62,027 bases of DNA, taken from positions 1-62,027 of the forward strand of contig URHR01000003.1 of the NCBI GenBank assembly GCA_900547725.1. Direction: 5' to 3'. Positions within the stretch are counted from its first letter, which is position 1, and each line of letters starts with the position of its first letter. Made by a program: the position numbers and the translations under genes. Origin of the DNA: an uncultured Eubacteriales bacterium. Lineage in GTDB: Bacteria > Bacillota > Clostridia > Oscillospirales > CAG-272. Below are positions 1 to 8,749 of the stretch, piece by piece. The notes beneath the pieces are model-generated. The model was not told where the DNA came from, did no database searches, and saw nothing but the letters and a program-made list of their open reading frames with translations.

Positions 1-7
1 ACTCTGC

Positions 8-92
8 CTCCGCGCTGACCCCTGCCCCGGTTCACCGTGAGCGGGGAAGGGGAAGTAACCACCGGAAGGCATACGGTTGGGGAAACAATGTC
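8..92 (+). repeat. Bipartite ~85-nt intergenic repeat, copy 1 (partner 23033..23115)
   Basis: 14..50 matches 23040..23076 at 35/37 positions (GCTGA-N-CCCTGCCCCGGTTCACCGTGAG-N-GGGGAAGG). CGGTTGGGGA recurs after a 23-nt spacer in both copies (74..83 and 23100..23109). Both copies lie 3' of a minus-strand gene. Confidence 0.7.
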
Positions 93-115
93 ACTATGTA
101 CCCCAAAAGTATTTC

Positions 116-287
116 AGGCATCACCGCGCAATTCACGATTGACACACTCACTCGCGCCTTTTCCGTGATCCTTCACAAAAATCCTTGCCTGCAGTCCGGC
201 TACAGCCTGCGAATTTTTGTATCGTCTGACGAAAAAAACGACTCTTCAGGTTGTGATTCGTGCCATCGGAATTACGCGGTAATGCCT
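116..287. mobile_element. MITE-like 172-bp element bounded by 19-nt imperfect terminal inverted repeats
   Basis: The left end AGGCATCACCGCGCAATTC (116..134) and right end GAATTACGCGGTAATGCCT (269..287) are reverse complements at 17/19 positions. The same ends recur at 41916..41968, and a solo left end recurs at 48219..48242. No transposase is present, and the only ORF inside (96..290) looks non-coding. Confidence 0.5.
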
Positions 288-333
288 TAACATTTGGGGT
301 GCACTTCAGTTCCGCTGCGTGTTCTTCACATTT

Positions 334-2424
334 TCATATCAGGACTCCAAAGAGCCGGATGGGCGTTTTGCCACCCTCGGCGTGCCGTTCCGGATAGATC
401 CGGATTTCCCGGACGGGAATCTCTGGGCGGGGATTGGAGAGCGTCCAGCCGTACACGGTGCGTGTGCCGGTGTCGGAATCCGGCAACGGAATGACATCCG
501 TAAAGTAAGCCAGTGCGCCAATCCATTCATCGCGTGGGATGACCGCGGTCGGCCGGAAATCCGAAGCGGGGATCTCGCCCTCCGTGTCGGATTCGTCCTC
601 CACATTTTTTATGAAACCGGACGGCAGATCCGTCCCGAAGCCACCATGTAGGTCTCCGGTTACCACGCCGTATTCCATAGGGTATGCCTGTGCGATGCCG
701 TCCTCCCAGATCAGGGTGCAGAAGCCGAGGATGCGCGGCGCGGGGTCACGGAAAAACCAGGTATAAACACGGGAGAATGTCGCAGTTCCGTTCAGATCAG
801 CCGCTTGCAGCAGGGTGATTTTGGCACAGCATCGACCGACGGGAACGGTCACATGGGAATCTTCGCCGCAGAACGGAACCGACAGCCGTGTCCCCGGCGA
901 TTCTGTTCCGTCCAGAATCACGGATCCTGCCGGTGTCAGCAGCGTTTGTTCCTTCTGAGGAATCGGTGTCGGCAGTCCGCGCACCATTGCGCGAAGCATC
1001 GGCATCATCCGGTTGGTGTCGGACATCCATTCGTCCCGTACCGCATCGCAGAAATCAGTTCGCCAAAGCACTGCGGCGGAGAAGGCGAATTCAAAAAACC
1101 AGCCGTTCCTGCCGATCTCGTTTTCGTCCGCAACGCACCAGGTGGAGACCTCCGCACCTGTGACATTCGGACGGCGGGAGCGCTTTTCCCATCCTGTGAC
1201 CGTTGTGCCGTGGAAGTTCCCGTAGATCTCGCGAAATCCGCGATCGGCAAATTCCTGCTCGGAGTGGAAGGAGGAGGTATAGCACCAGTCCAGCATGGTA
1301 ATGTCCCGTGGGATGCGATCGATTGCGCCGAAGCAGGCGGGCTTTTCGTAATGCCGCCCGTAACAGCCGTCCTTCACAATCGCGTCCCCCATGCGCTTTC
1401 CGCCGGGCAGTGCAAAATTTTGCAGGGATTCACCCCACATGAACAGCCGGACGCCAAGTTTTTCATAAATGCCGTGCAGGCGGTTGATTTCGGTTGCCAG
1501 CAGTTCCGCGCCGCTGTGCGTCCGGCACTTCGGGCAGACGCCGAGAATGCGGATTTCGTCATGACCGATGGAAACACGGTCAAAGCCGATCAGGCTGTGT
1601 AGCTCGGTCGCAATGTCGGTGTAGATCCGGTAGGTCTCCTCATTCAGCGGGCAGCAGGTATCGGGGTATGTCTCATACGGAATTTCCGCGATTTCCGGAT
1701 GCGCGAGGGTCAGGTAGTAGCTGTGACTGAGCGCCTGAATTTCCGGAATGACCTCCATTCCGAGAAACCGGGCGTGGCTGACGATGCGCATCAACTGATT
1801 CTGGGACAGCACATCGCCGCCCGCCAATTCGATGTGCGTGGAGTCCTTCCACCAAATCTGCGAGCCCTGCAGTCCCTGCGGTCCGCCGGGGTAGTTTTTT
1901 GCCTCTCTGCAAAAGCGCCTCCAGGCATCGGCAAGCTCCGGGTGACTGCGGTATTCCACCCCGCCGCCGATTTCCAGAAAGACCGTGTTGTATTTCAGGT
2001 ACGCCAGAGCATCCAGGATGCGGCAGAACATATCGATTCCGTCCTTGGGCGGCAGATAGAAATGCGCGCCGCGCAGGGGGAGATACGGCTCGTCCGAAAC
2101 GGTCAGACACGGGAGCGTGCGGTCGGGGCGGATCAGCTGGGACAGGGTCGCGGCGGCAAACACGAAGCCCCGGCGACCGCTTGCCCGAACGGTTACGCCG
2201 TCCTTTCCGCAAAGGATTCGGTAAGCGTCCGTGTTCCGCGAGGAGTCCCGCTCCAGTGTCAGATTGCCTTCCCCGCAGTGAAAATCCGAACGCCGGAGGA
2301 TGTGCAGAAACGCGCGGGCATCCTCTGCGCAGTCCGGGGGCGCGGCGATGCCGCCGTTCAGTGCCGTAACCCCGTCTGACGGGGTGATGTGTCGGGGGAG
2401 AGGGAAGATCGGAGGGAGTGTCAT
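334..2424 (-). CDS. GH20-like TIM-barrel glycoside hydrolase (hexosaminidase-like), no signal peptide
   Basis: ORF 334..2454. I moved the start to ATG 2424 (MTLPPIFPL), which forms an ATGA overlap with the stop of the upstream AraC gene. The segment LRGAHFYLPPKDGIDMFCRILDALAYLKYNTVFLEIGGG resembles the start of GH20-type catalytic barrels. The family call rests on motif memory only. Confidence 0.55.
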   Translation of the reverse strand: MTLPPIFPLPRHITPSDGVTALNGGIAAPPDCAEDARAFLHILRRSDFHCGEGNLTLERDSSRNTDAYRILCGKDGVTVRASGRRGFVFAAATLSQLIRPDRTLPCLTVSDEPYLPLRGAHFYLPPKDGIDMFCRILDALAYLKYNTVFLEIGGGVEYRSHPELADAWRRFCREAKNYPGGPQGLQGSQIWWKDSTHIELAGGDVLSQNQLMRIVSHARFLGMEVIPEIQALSHSYYLTLAHPEIAEIPYETYPDTCCPLNEETYRIYTDIATELHSLIGFDRVSIGHDEIRILGVCPKCRTHSGAELLATEINRLHGIYEKLGVRLFMWGESLQNFALPGGKRMGDAIVKDGCYGRHYEKPACFGAIDRIPRDITMLDWCYTSSFHSEQEFADRGFREIYGNFHGTTVTGWEKRSRRPNVTGAEVSTWCVADENEIGRNGWFFEFAFSAAVLWRTDFCDAVRDEWMSDTNRMMPMLRAMVRGLPTPIPQKEQTLLTPAGSVILDGTESPGTRLSVPFCGEDSHVTVPVGRCCAKITLLQAADLNGTATFSRVYTWFFRDPAPRILGFCTLIWEDGIAQAYPMEYGVVTGDLHGGFGTDLPSGFIKNVEDESDTEGEIPASDFRPTAVIPRDEWIGALAYFTDVIPLPDSDTGTRTVYGWTLSNPRPEIPVREIRIYPERHAEGGKTPIRLFGVLI

Positions 2425-3260
2425 GATTGCTGTTCCTTTCCGTTGCGCATACATTGCATTTGATATTTTTTCGGTGTGACACCGGTGATTTCCTTGAAGG
2501 ATTTGGAGAAATAAGCGCTATCGTTGAACCCGCACGCCATTGCGACATCGGTCACGCGGCAGTCGTTTTTGGAGAGCAGTTTCTGCGCCGCCGTAATGCG
2601 GGTGAGCATAATGTAATCGTTCAGCCCGATCCCCGTAACTTTTTTGAATAGCTTGGATAGATAGCCGCTGCTGATGGCGTATTTTTTGGACAGGACATCC
2701 AGATTCAGCTCCTGCGAGATGTTGTCGGCAATGTATTTGGCTACTTCCATAATAATCCGGTAGATCTCCGGGTATTGGGGCGGTTCTTTTGCCTGATCCT
2801 GCCGGTAGCGGGAGATCAGGATGAGTAGCTCCTGCAGATACAACTTTTGCATTTTCCGGTAATCCTGCGGGTGTCTGCTACTTTCCTCTTCTATGAACGC
2901 CAAGAGCTTGCGAATGCAATGGAGGTACTCCGGGCGAATCCGGATATGCCGGTTTTCCGACATCTCGCGGATGTAGCGCAGATACTCCGGACCGACGAAA
3001 TCATCGTCAAATACCAAAATCATTCGGCTGATGTCCGTGTGGTTGGAGCAGTCCGTTTGGTGATAGATTCCTTTGGGGATGAATGCGAAATCGTTCTGTT
3101 CCAGATAGTAAAGGTCATTTCCGATCAGATAGGTTACCTTCCCGCGCTCCAGAAAATACAGCTCATGGTGGTTGTGAAAGTGGATCACCGGCATTTTGGT
3201 TCCAACCGGATATACCTTATGTTCAAAGAAATCAATCTTGTCCGTATGGAAAACTGCCAT
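2421..3260 (-). CDS. AraC-family transcriptional regulator (cupin sensor plus HTH)
   Basis: ORF 2421..3341. It has a C-terminal AraC HTH (SSGYLSKLFKKVTGIGLNDYIMLTRITAAQKLL...GFNDSAYFSKSFKEITGVTPKKY). I moved the start to ATG 3260 (MAVFHTDKIDFF), which has GGAG-type SD sequence upstream; the start remains uncertain. Confidence 0.85.
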   Translation of the reverse strand: MAVFHTDKIDFFEHKVYPVGTKMPVIHFHNHHELYFLERGKVTYLIGNDLYYLEQNDFAFIPKGIYHQTDCSNHTDISRMILVFDDDFVGPEYLRYIREMSENRHIRIRPEYLHCIRKLLAFIEEESSRHPQDYRKMQKLYLQELLILISRYRQDQAKEPPQYPEIYRIIMEVAKYIADNISQELNLDVLSKKYAISSGYLSKLFKKVTGIGLNDYIMLTRITAAQKLLSKNDCRVTDVAMACGFNDSAYFSKSFKEITGVTPKKYQMQCMRNGKEQQS

Positions 3261-3443
3261 CTCTGCTCCAATCCCTCCGGAGGCCGTCCGGAGAACCTTA
3301 TTGTTTCTATTATAGCACGCCTTTTTTGAAAAGTCAACCAATTTTTTGTTTTTTTCTCTGAAACAAGCCTGAAAAGTACATGAAAACAGAAAAAAATAGT
3401 TGTATAATAAGATCAGTTAGCATGGGAAATTGGAGGGTTTTTT

Positions 3444-4841
3444 ATGGTTTACCGTGACGGAAGGGCGGAACAGGTGAAAATCGCTTACATCGGCGGCGGC
3501 TCGCGCGGCTGGGGCTGGGGGCTGATGAGCGATCTCGCGTCTTGTGGGGATATGTCGGGAGATGTTTATCTTTACGATATCGATTTTTCCGCAGCGCAAC
3601 ACAATGAGGTGATCGGCAACCTTTATCGGAACGCCGAGGGCGCGCGCTCTGTGTGGAATTATCATGCGGTGCGGAGCGCAGGGGAGGCACTGACGGGAGC
3701 GGATTTTGTTGTCATCTCGATTCTGCCGGGTAATTTTGACGATATGGAATCGGATGTTCACGCGCCGGAAAAGTACGGGATTTACCAGTCGGTCGGAGAT
3801 ACCACGGGACCCGGCGGAATCGTCCGGGCAATGCGGACGCTTCCGATGTATGAGGAGATTGCCGCGAATATCCGCCGGTACTGCCCGGAAGCCTGGGTTA
3901 TCAGCTACACGAACCCGATGTCGCTTTGCGTCAAAACGCTTTACCGGGTGTTTCCGGAAATCCGCGCGTTCGGATGTTGTCATGAAGTATTCGGCACGCA
4001 GAAGGCGCTGGCGGTGGCTCTGCTGAAATGCCGCGGGGCGGAAGCCGAGCGGCATGAGATCAAGGTTAATCCCGTCGGTGTCAACCATTTTACATGGCTG
4101 ACGCACGCCCGATACCGCGACCTGGATCTGTTTCCCGTCTGGCGGGAATTCGCGGAGCGCTATGCCGCAACCGGATATACCGAAAACCTGGATAAGAACT
4201 GGATGAACAATTCCTTTTCCTGCTCCAACCGGGTCAAATTTGATCTGTTTCTGCGGTACGGTGTCATTGCCGCCGCAGGAGACCGGCATCTGGCGGAGTT
4301 TTGCGAGGGCGGGTGGTATCTGCGGAATCCGGAGACCGTCCGGGAATGGGGATTCGGTCTGACAACGGTGAAATGGCGCAAGGAGGATCTTGCAAAGCGG
4401 CTGGCGAAAAGCGAGGGCTACCGCAACGGAAGCATTTCGGTTGCAATCAAGAACACCGGCGAGGAGGGGGTGGAGCAGATGCGCGCCATTCTCGGACTGC
4501 GGGAACTGGTGACGAATGTCAACCTTCCGAACGTGGGACAGATCCCGAACCTGCCGCTGGGGGCGGTTGTGGAGACCAACGCGGTGTTCCGCTCCGGCAG
4601 TGTCACTCCGGTGTTTGCAGGGAATGTGCCCAAAGCGATTTACCCCTTGGTGGCGCGCGTGTCCGGGCAACAGGAGGCGCTGTCGGATGCCATTGCACGG
4701 CGGAACGGAAAGGATGTTTTCAACGTTTTTCTCAACGATCCGCTGACGACCTGCTCCTATGACGATGCCAGACTGCTTTTCCGCGAAATGGTCGCCAATA
4801 CAGCATCCTATCTGTCATCCTACGATCTGACGGGAATCTGA
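3444..4841 (+). CDS. Glycoside hydrolase family 4 (NAD/Mn-dependent); alpha-galacturonidase (LplD-like) is plausible from context
   Basis: 465 aa. The N-terminal Rossmann start KIAYIGGGSRGWG is typical of GH4, and GGAGGG lies 7 nt upstream of the ATG. It is followed by an LplA-like SBP and uronate genes. Confidence 0.8.
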   Translation: MVYRDGRAEQVKIAYIGGGSRGWGWGLMSDLASCGDMSGDVYLYDIDFSAAQHNEVIGNLYRNAEGARSVWNYHAVRSAGEALTGADFVVISILPGNFDDMESDVHAPEKYGIYQSVGDTTGPGGIVRAMRTLPMYEEIAANIRRYCPEAWVISYTNPMSLCVKTLYRVFPEIRAFGCCHEVFGTQKALAVALLKCRGAEAERHEIKVNPVGVNHFTWLTHARYRDLDLFPVWREFAERYAATGYTENLDKNWMNNSFSCSNRVKFDLFLRYGVIAAAGDRHLAEFCEGGWYLRNPETVREWGFGLTTVKWRKEDLAKRLAKSEGYRNGSISVAIKNTGEEGVEQMRAILGLRELVTNVNLPNVGQIPNLPLGAVVETNAVFRSGSVTPVFAGNVPKAIYPLVARVSGQQEALSDAIARRNGKDVFNVFLNDPLTTCSYDDARLLFREMVANTASYLSSYDLTGI

Positions 4842-4961
4842 AGAACCCGCAGAACGGATTGGGGGAGGTGAGAAAAGCCCTTGGCTGAATTTCAGTGTCC
4901 AGACTGCCTTGCCTGAAAAAATCAGAACCGGTCTCCGGAGAACGGAGAGAAAGGAAACAAA

Positions 4962-6428
4962 ATGAAAAAAGTAATGAGATGCCTGATAGCCCTGCTCCTG
5001 TGTGCATGCCTGTTGCCGTCCGCTGTTGCCTGCAAGAACAACAAACCTTCGATAGAATCGGGGAACTCCTCCGATGTTGAAACAAAGCCGGGAAACCTGC
5101 CGGCGGAGACGGATGAGGACGGGTATGTACTGGATGATCTGCCGGACAATCCCGCATTTGACAAGACCGTTCGAATGCTTTACTGGGAGGATGTGGAGAA
5201 TGTTGAATTTGATGTGAGCGATCCTTACGGCGACCGCATCAGCAACTCCATTTATATGCGCAATCTTGCCGTAGAGGAACGACTGGGAATCAAACTGTCC
5301 TTCCATGGGACGGCCGGCAATTACGGAAACCTGGACAATTTCCTTGCAACTGCACAGGCGGGCTCGATTTCCGGGGATTATGATCTGTTTGCGGGCTACA
5401 GCATGAGCGGCGCATCCCTGGCGATCAACGGGCTCTGCCTGGATATGAAAACGCAGAAATATCTGAATTTCGAAAAGCCGTGGTGGCCGGAGTCCCTGAC
5501 CTCGGAGACGACAATCATCGACAAGCTGTTCTTCGCCTCCGGCGACATCTCCACCAATCTGCTCCACATGATGTATGTGGTGTTCTATAACCAGGAAATG
5601 ATCGATGCCGTCAGTCTGGAGAATCCGGTGGAGCTGGTGGATGAGGGCACCTGGACCTATGAAAAAATGTTCGATATGGCAAAGGGAATGTACTTGGACA
5701 CCAATTCGAATGATATTACAGATCAGGATGATCAGTACGGTTTCAGCGCCGGAAAAATGCACTATGAGGCCTTATTCACGGGTGCCGGAATCAAGACCAT
5801 TGAGAAGAACAATCTGGGCTGGATGATTGTTTCCCCAACTTTCAACTCCGCCAAGACCACCAAACTGCTGGATGACATCTGCACGTTCGTCCACGGTTCG
5901 AATGACGGCTTTTACGGTACCACCTTTGAAAAAGGACACACGCTGTTTGCCATTGACCGCTCCTACTATGCAATGATCCACAAGGAAGAAATGTCCTTTA
6001 CCTACGGCATTGTGCCGATTCCGAAGTATGACACGATTCAGGAGGGCTATGCCACCTGTCTGGGCAATCCCTTTACGGTTTACTCGATTGCCAAGTCCAG
6101 TGTCATTCCTGATATTGCAGCGGCAACGCTGGAGTGCCTCGCCTCGGAAGCGTACCGGAAGGTGACGCCGGAGCTGTTTGAGGCAACGATGAAATACCAG
6201 TACAGTGACGTTCCCGCTTCCGCGCGGATGTACGATCTGATCCGTAATTCGGTTATCATTGATCTCGGAAGAATTTTTGATAAGGAACTGGATGGCTACC
6301 CGCACACGCTGTTCAGTAATCCCATTGCCAAAAACGCGCCCGAAAGTTTTAGCAGCAGTTACAGAACGGGTGAGGAGACCATGTTGGAACGGTTGAAAAC
6401 CAACATTAACCCGGCATTCTCAAAATAA
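4962..6428 (+). CDS. Extracellular solute-binding lipoprotein (CUT1/LplA-like)
   Basis: 488 aa. The signal peptide has a lipobox (LLPSAVAC). Its size and sequence style match large sugar-binding SBPs, and it is paralogous to 40430..41884. No permease or ATPase gene lies nearby. Confidence 0.7.
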   Translation: MKKVMRCLIALLLCACLLPSAVACKNNKPSIESGNSSDVETKPGNLPAETDEDGYVLDDLPDNPAFDKTVRMLYWEDVENVEFDVSDPYGDRISNSIYMRNLAVEERLGIKLSFHGTAGNYGNLDNFLATAQAGSISGDYDLFAGYSMSGASLAINGLCLDMKTQKYLNFEKPWWPESLTSETTIIDKLFFASGDISTNLLHMMYVVFYNQEMIDAVSLENPVELVDEGTWTYEKMFDMAKGMYLDTNSNDITDQDDQYGFSAGKMHYEALFTGAGIKTIEKNNLGWMIVSPTFNSAKTTKLLDDICTFVHGSNDGFYGTTFEKGHTLFAIDRSYYAMIHKEEMSFTYGIVPIPKYDTIQEGYATCLGNPFTVYSIAKSSVIPDIAAATLECLASEAYRKVTPELFEATMKYQYSDVPASARMYDLIRNSVIIDLGRIFDKELDGYPHTLFSNPIAKNAPESFSSSYRTGEETMLERLKTNINPAFSK

Positions 6429-6440
6429 AAGGAAACCGAT

Positions 6441-8678
6441 ATGAAATTACTTCCGGAAGGATATATTGCAGTGCAGAGCACTGCGGACGGAGTTCTGCCG
6501 GACAGCTTCCGGTTCGGCGAAACCGTTTGGGCGGTACGCCCCGGCATTAACATTTTTGCCACTGCTCAGGAGGCGGCGGATCACGCATACGCCGCCCCGA
6601 CCGAACAGCTCCCCGGCATGCCGGAGCTGTCCGGGTGTCCGACCCTGCTTTTCTCTGCGGGAGAGCACCTTGTGGACGGTCTCCGAATCAGTCGATCGGT
6701 TGCGCTTTTCGGTCAGGGGGCCGGCATCTCGCCGAACCGTTCCTTTGACGGCGAGACCTGCCCGCAGGAGAATCCGGCGCGCGGGGAGGGAGAATCCGTA
6801 CTGACGGGAACATTCTACCGCGGCATGATCGATCTGACCGAGCCGGAGGTCCGGACATTGATCTTTGACGGCTTTACCTCGCGCGACGTCCGATTCCGCG
6901 ACTTGCGGACAACGGGCGGCGAGGCGCGCCTGATTTTCCGAAACCTGATTCACCGTGGACCGTGCGGGCATACGCTGTACTACTTCTCCAAGCCGCGTAC
7001 GGATGGCGGAATCGTCAGAAACGTCATGTTCTCGGATATCCGGCTGACCGATTTCGACGATTTGGACTACGGTAACTGTTTTGTTCAGCTGACCGCTGCG
7101 CGGGCGCTGTTCGAGCGGGTCGTGATGGATCATACCGGGTTGTTCTTCGGTCTGACCGATCTTGTCGGCTGTTTTTCCAATGCGGTGACCAATGTGCCGG
7201 TGGCGGAATATACGTTGCGGGGCTGCTGGTTTGGCAATCTCGGCGGGGGCATCCGTACTGCCTGCCGCGAACTGCTGACACGGGGAGCACCGGAAGTCGG
7301 CATCTGCCTGACCGTCGAAAATACCGTATTTTATCGCGTCGGGGGCGGTGAAGAGCCGGTTCTGTCCCTGATGCTTGCCAATTCCGCCTGCCGGGTCTCT
7401 TTGCGCGGCGTGACCGTTACAGATCCGACCGGCGGGAGAGCCGCGGCAATCCGGGTCTGCGGAAAAGGCAGGGAACTGGTGATTAGAGAGGACTGCCGGT
7501 TTGACGGATTCCGGGAGCGCGTTGCCTTTGATCGGCTGTATGACGGGGCGGTTCCCGTCTGTGTGGAGACCCGTTCCGAAGCATTTCGGACGCAAACGGA
7601 GGATTCGCATATCGTGCGGGCACTGTGCGATGCCGATTTTGCCGGGTTGGAGCGGCACTACGCCGGGAAACGGGCGTATTATGGCGATCTTCATGTGCAC
7701 ACGCAGTGCGGCGGGACCAGCGACGGAACCTACCCGATGGAAAAATGGGTCGCGGAGATGGATCGGCTAAAGCTGGATTTTGCCGCGGTTGTGGATCATC
7801 GGCAGATGCGCGGGTACTTTCTCCCGGAGTGGAGCGAGGAGCGTTTTATGATCGGCACTGAGCCTGCCACACGGCTGCAGGATCTTCGCGCAGGGCGGAG
7901 CGGACAGAACGAGTTGCATTATCTGATGCTGTTCCCGCACAAATATTCCCTTGCCATGGTGCTTGCCAATTTCCCGGAGTTCCGGTTTCACGGGGATGAG
8001 CTGACGGGGCGCTTCCGGTATCCGGATTTTACACGCGAACGGATGGCGGAGCTGAGCGCATACGTTCAGTCCATTGGCGGTATTCTCGTTCACGCTCATC
8101 CGAAGGTGATGATGGCTTCGGATGACCCGTTGGACTACGATCTCGGCGAAGGAACGTTCATCGAAACGATTTACGGAAATCCCGAATCGACTGCATCTCT
8201 GAAGGATTATCAGCTTTGGGAAAAGCTGCTGGCGCTCGGAAAGCGCATCCGTATCTCCGGCGGATCGGACACACACGGCGGAGTGAGCAACCGGGCAGTC
8301 TCCACGTTTTATACGGCGGAGCGTTCTGGAAATACGTTTTTCGAGCAGATGCGTTCGGGAGATTTTACCGTTGGCGCCTTCGGCTTGCAGATGATGATCG
8401 GAGACACCCCGATGGGGACATCTGTCGCTTACCGGGACGATCTGATTCTGGCACTGCGTGCAGGGGATCCCTTCCGGCCAACCTTTTCTGCGGGAGATGC
8501 GTATGAATTGCGGATTCTGACTGACCGCGGTGTGGCGTATGCTTCGACGTGGGACGGAGAAGCGCCGCAGCGGGTGGCTTTGCAGGTTGAGCGGCGTGCC
8601 TTTTACCGGGCGGAGATTTTTGATCTGACCAAGGGCTGTCGCGTTGCCATCGGCAATCCCATTTGGCTGGATTCGTGA
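6441..8678 (+). CDS. Two-domain protein: N-terminal repetitive beta-helix-like region plus C-terminal PHP/CehA-type metallohydrolase domain
   Basis: 745 aa. PHP-like metal motifs are present: YYGDLHVHTQCGG, AAVVDHRQ, LVHAHP, GGSDTHG. There is no signal peptide. It is embedded in the uronate operon. Confidence 0.6.
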   Translation: MKLLPEGYIAVQSTADGVLPDSFRFGETVWAVRPGINIFATAQEAADHAYAAPTEQLPGMPELSGCPTLLFSAGEHLVDGLRISRSVALFGQGAGISPNRSFDGETCPQENPARGEGESVLTGTFYRGMIDLTEPEVRTLIFDGFTSRDVRFRDLRTTGGEARLIFRNLIHRGPCGHTLYYFSKPRTDGGIVRNVMFSDIRLTDFDDLDYGNCFVQLTAARALFERVVMDHTGLFFGLTDLVGCFSNAVTNVPVAEYTLRGCWFGNLGGGIRTACRELLTRGAPEVGICLTVENTVFYRVGGGEEPVLSLMLANSACRVSLRGVTVTDPTGGRAAAIRVCGKGRELVIREDCRFDGFRERVAFDRLYDGAVPVCVETRSEAFRTQTEDSHIVRALCDADFAGLERHYAGKRAYYGDLHVHTQCGGTSDGTYPMEKWVAEMDRLKLDFAAVVDHRQMRGYFLPEWSEERFMIGTEPATRLQDLRAGRSGQNELHYLMLFPHKYSLAMVLANFPEFRFHGDELTGRFRYPDFTRERMAELSAYVQSIGGILVHAHPKVMMASDDPLDYDLGEGTFIETIYGNPESTASLKDYQLWEKLLALGKRIRISGGSDTHGGVSNRAVSTFYTAERSGNTFFEQMRSGDFTVGAFGLQMMIGDTPMGTSVAYRDDLILALRAGDPFRPTFSAGDAYELRILTDRGVAYASTWDGEAPQRVALQVERRAFYRAEIFDLTKGCRVAIGNPIWLDS

Positions 8679-8749
8679 CAGAAGGAATATTTGCAGTGGG
8701 GAAGCGGCCGGGAATGCGGTCGCTTCTCTTCCAAAGGAGAATGTTACAC

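Noticed and set aside
8-92. An attempt to assign the 85-nt repeat to a known riboswitch class.
   Set aside because: I compared it by eye with remembered cores of the cobalamin, TPP, ykkC/guanidine, ydaO and fluoride motifs and saw no convincing match. In addition, both copies lie 3' of genes rather than in 5' leaders. It needs an Infernal/Rfam scan.
96-290. A 64-aa ORF inside the MITE-like element.
   Set aside because: It has no SD. It starts outside the element and ends inside the TIR. Its composition is unlike that of the coding regions.
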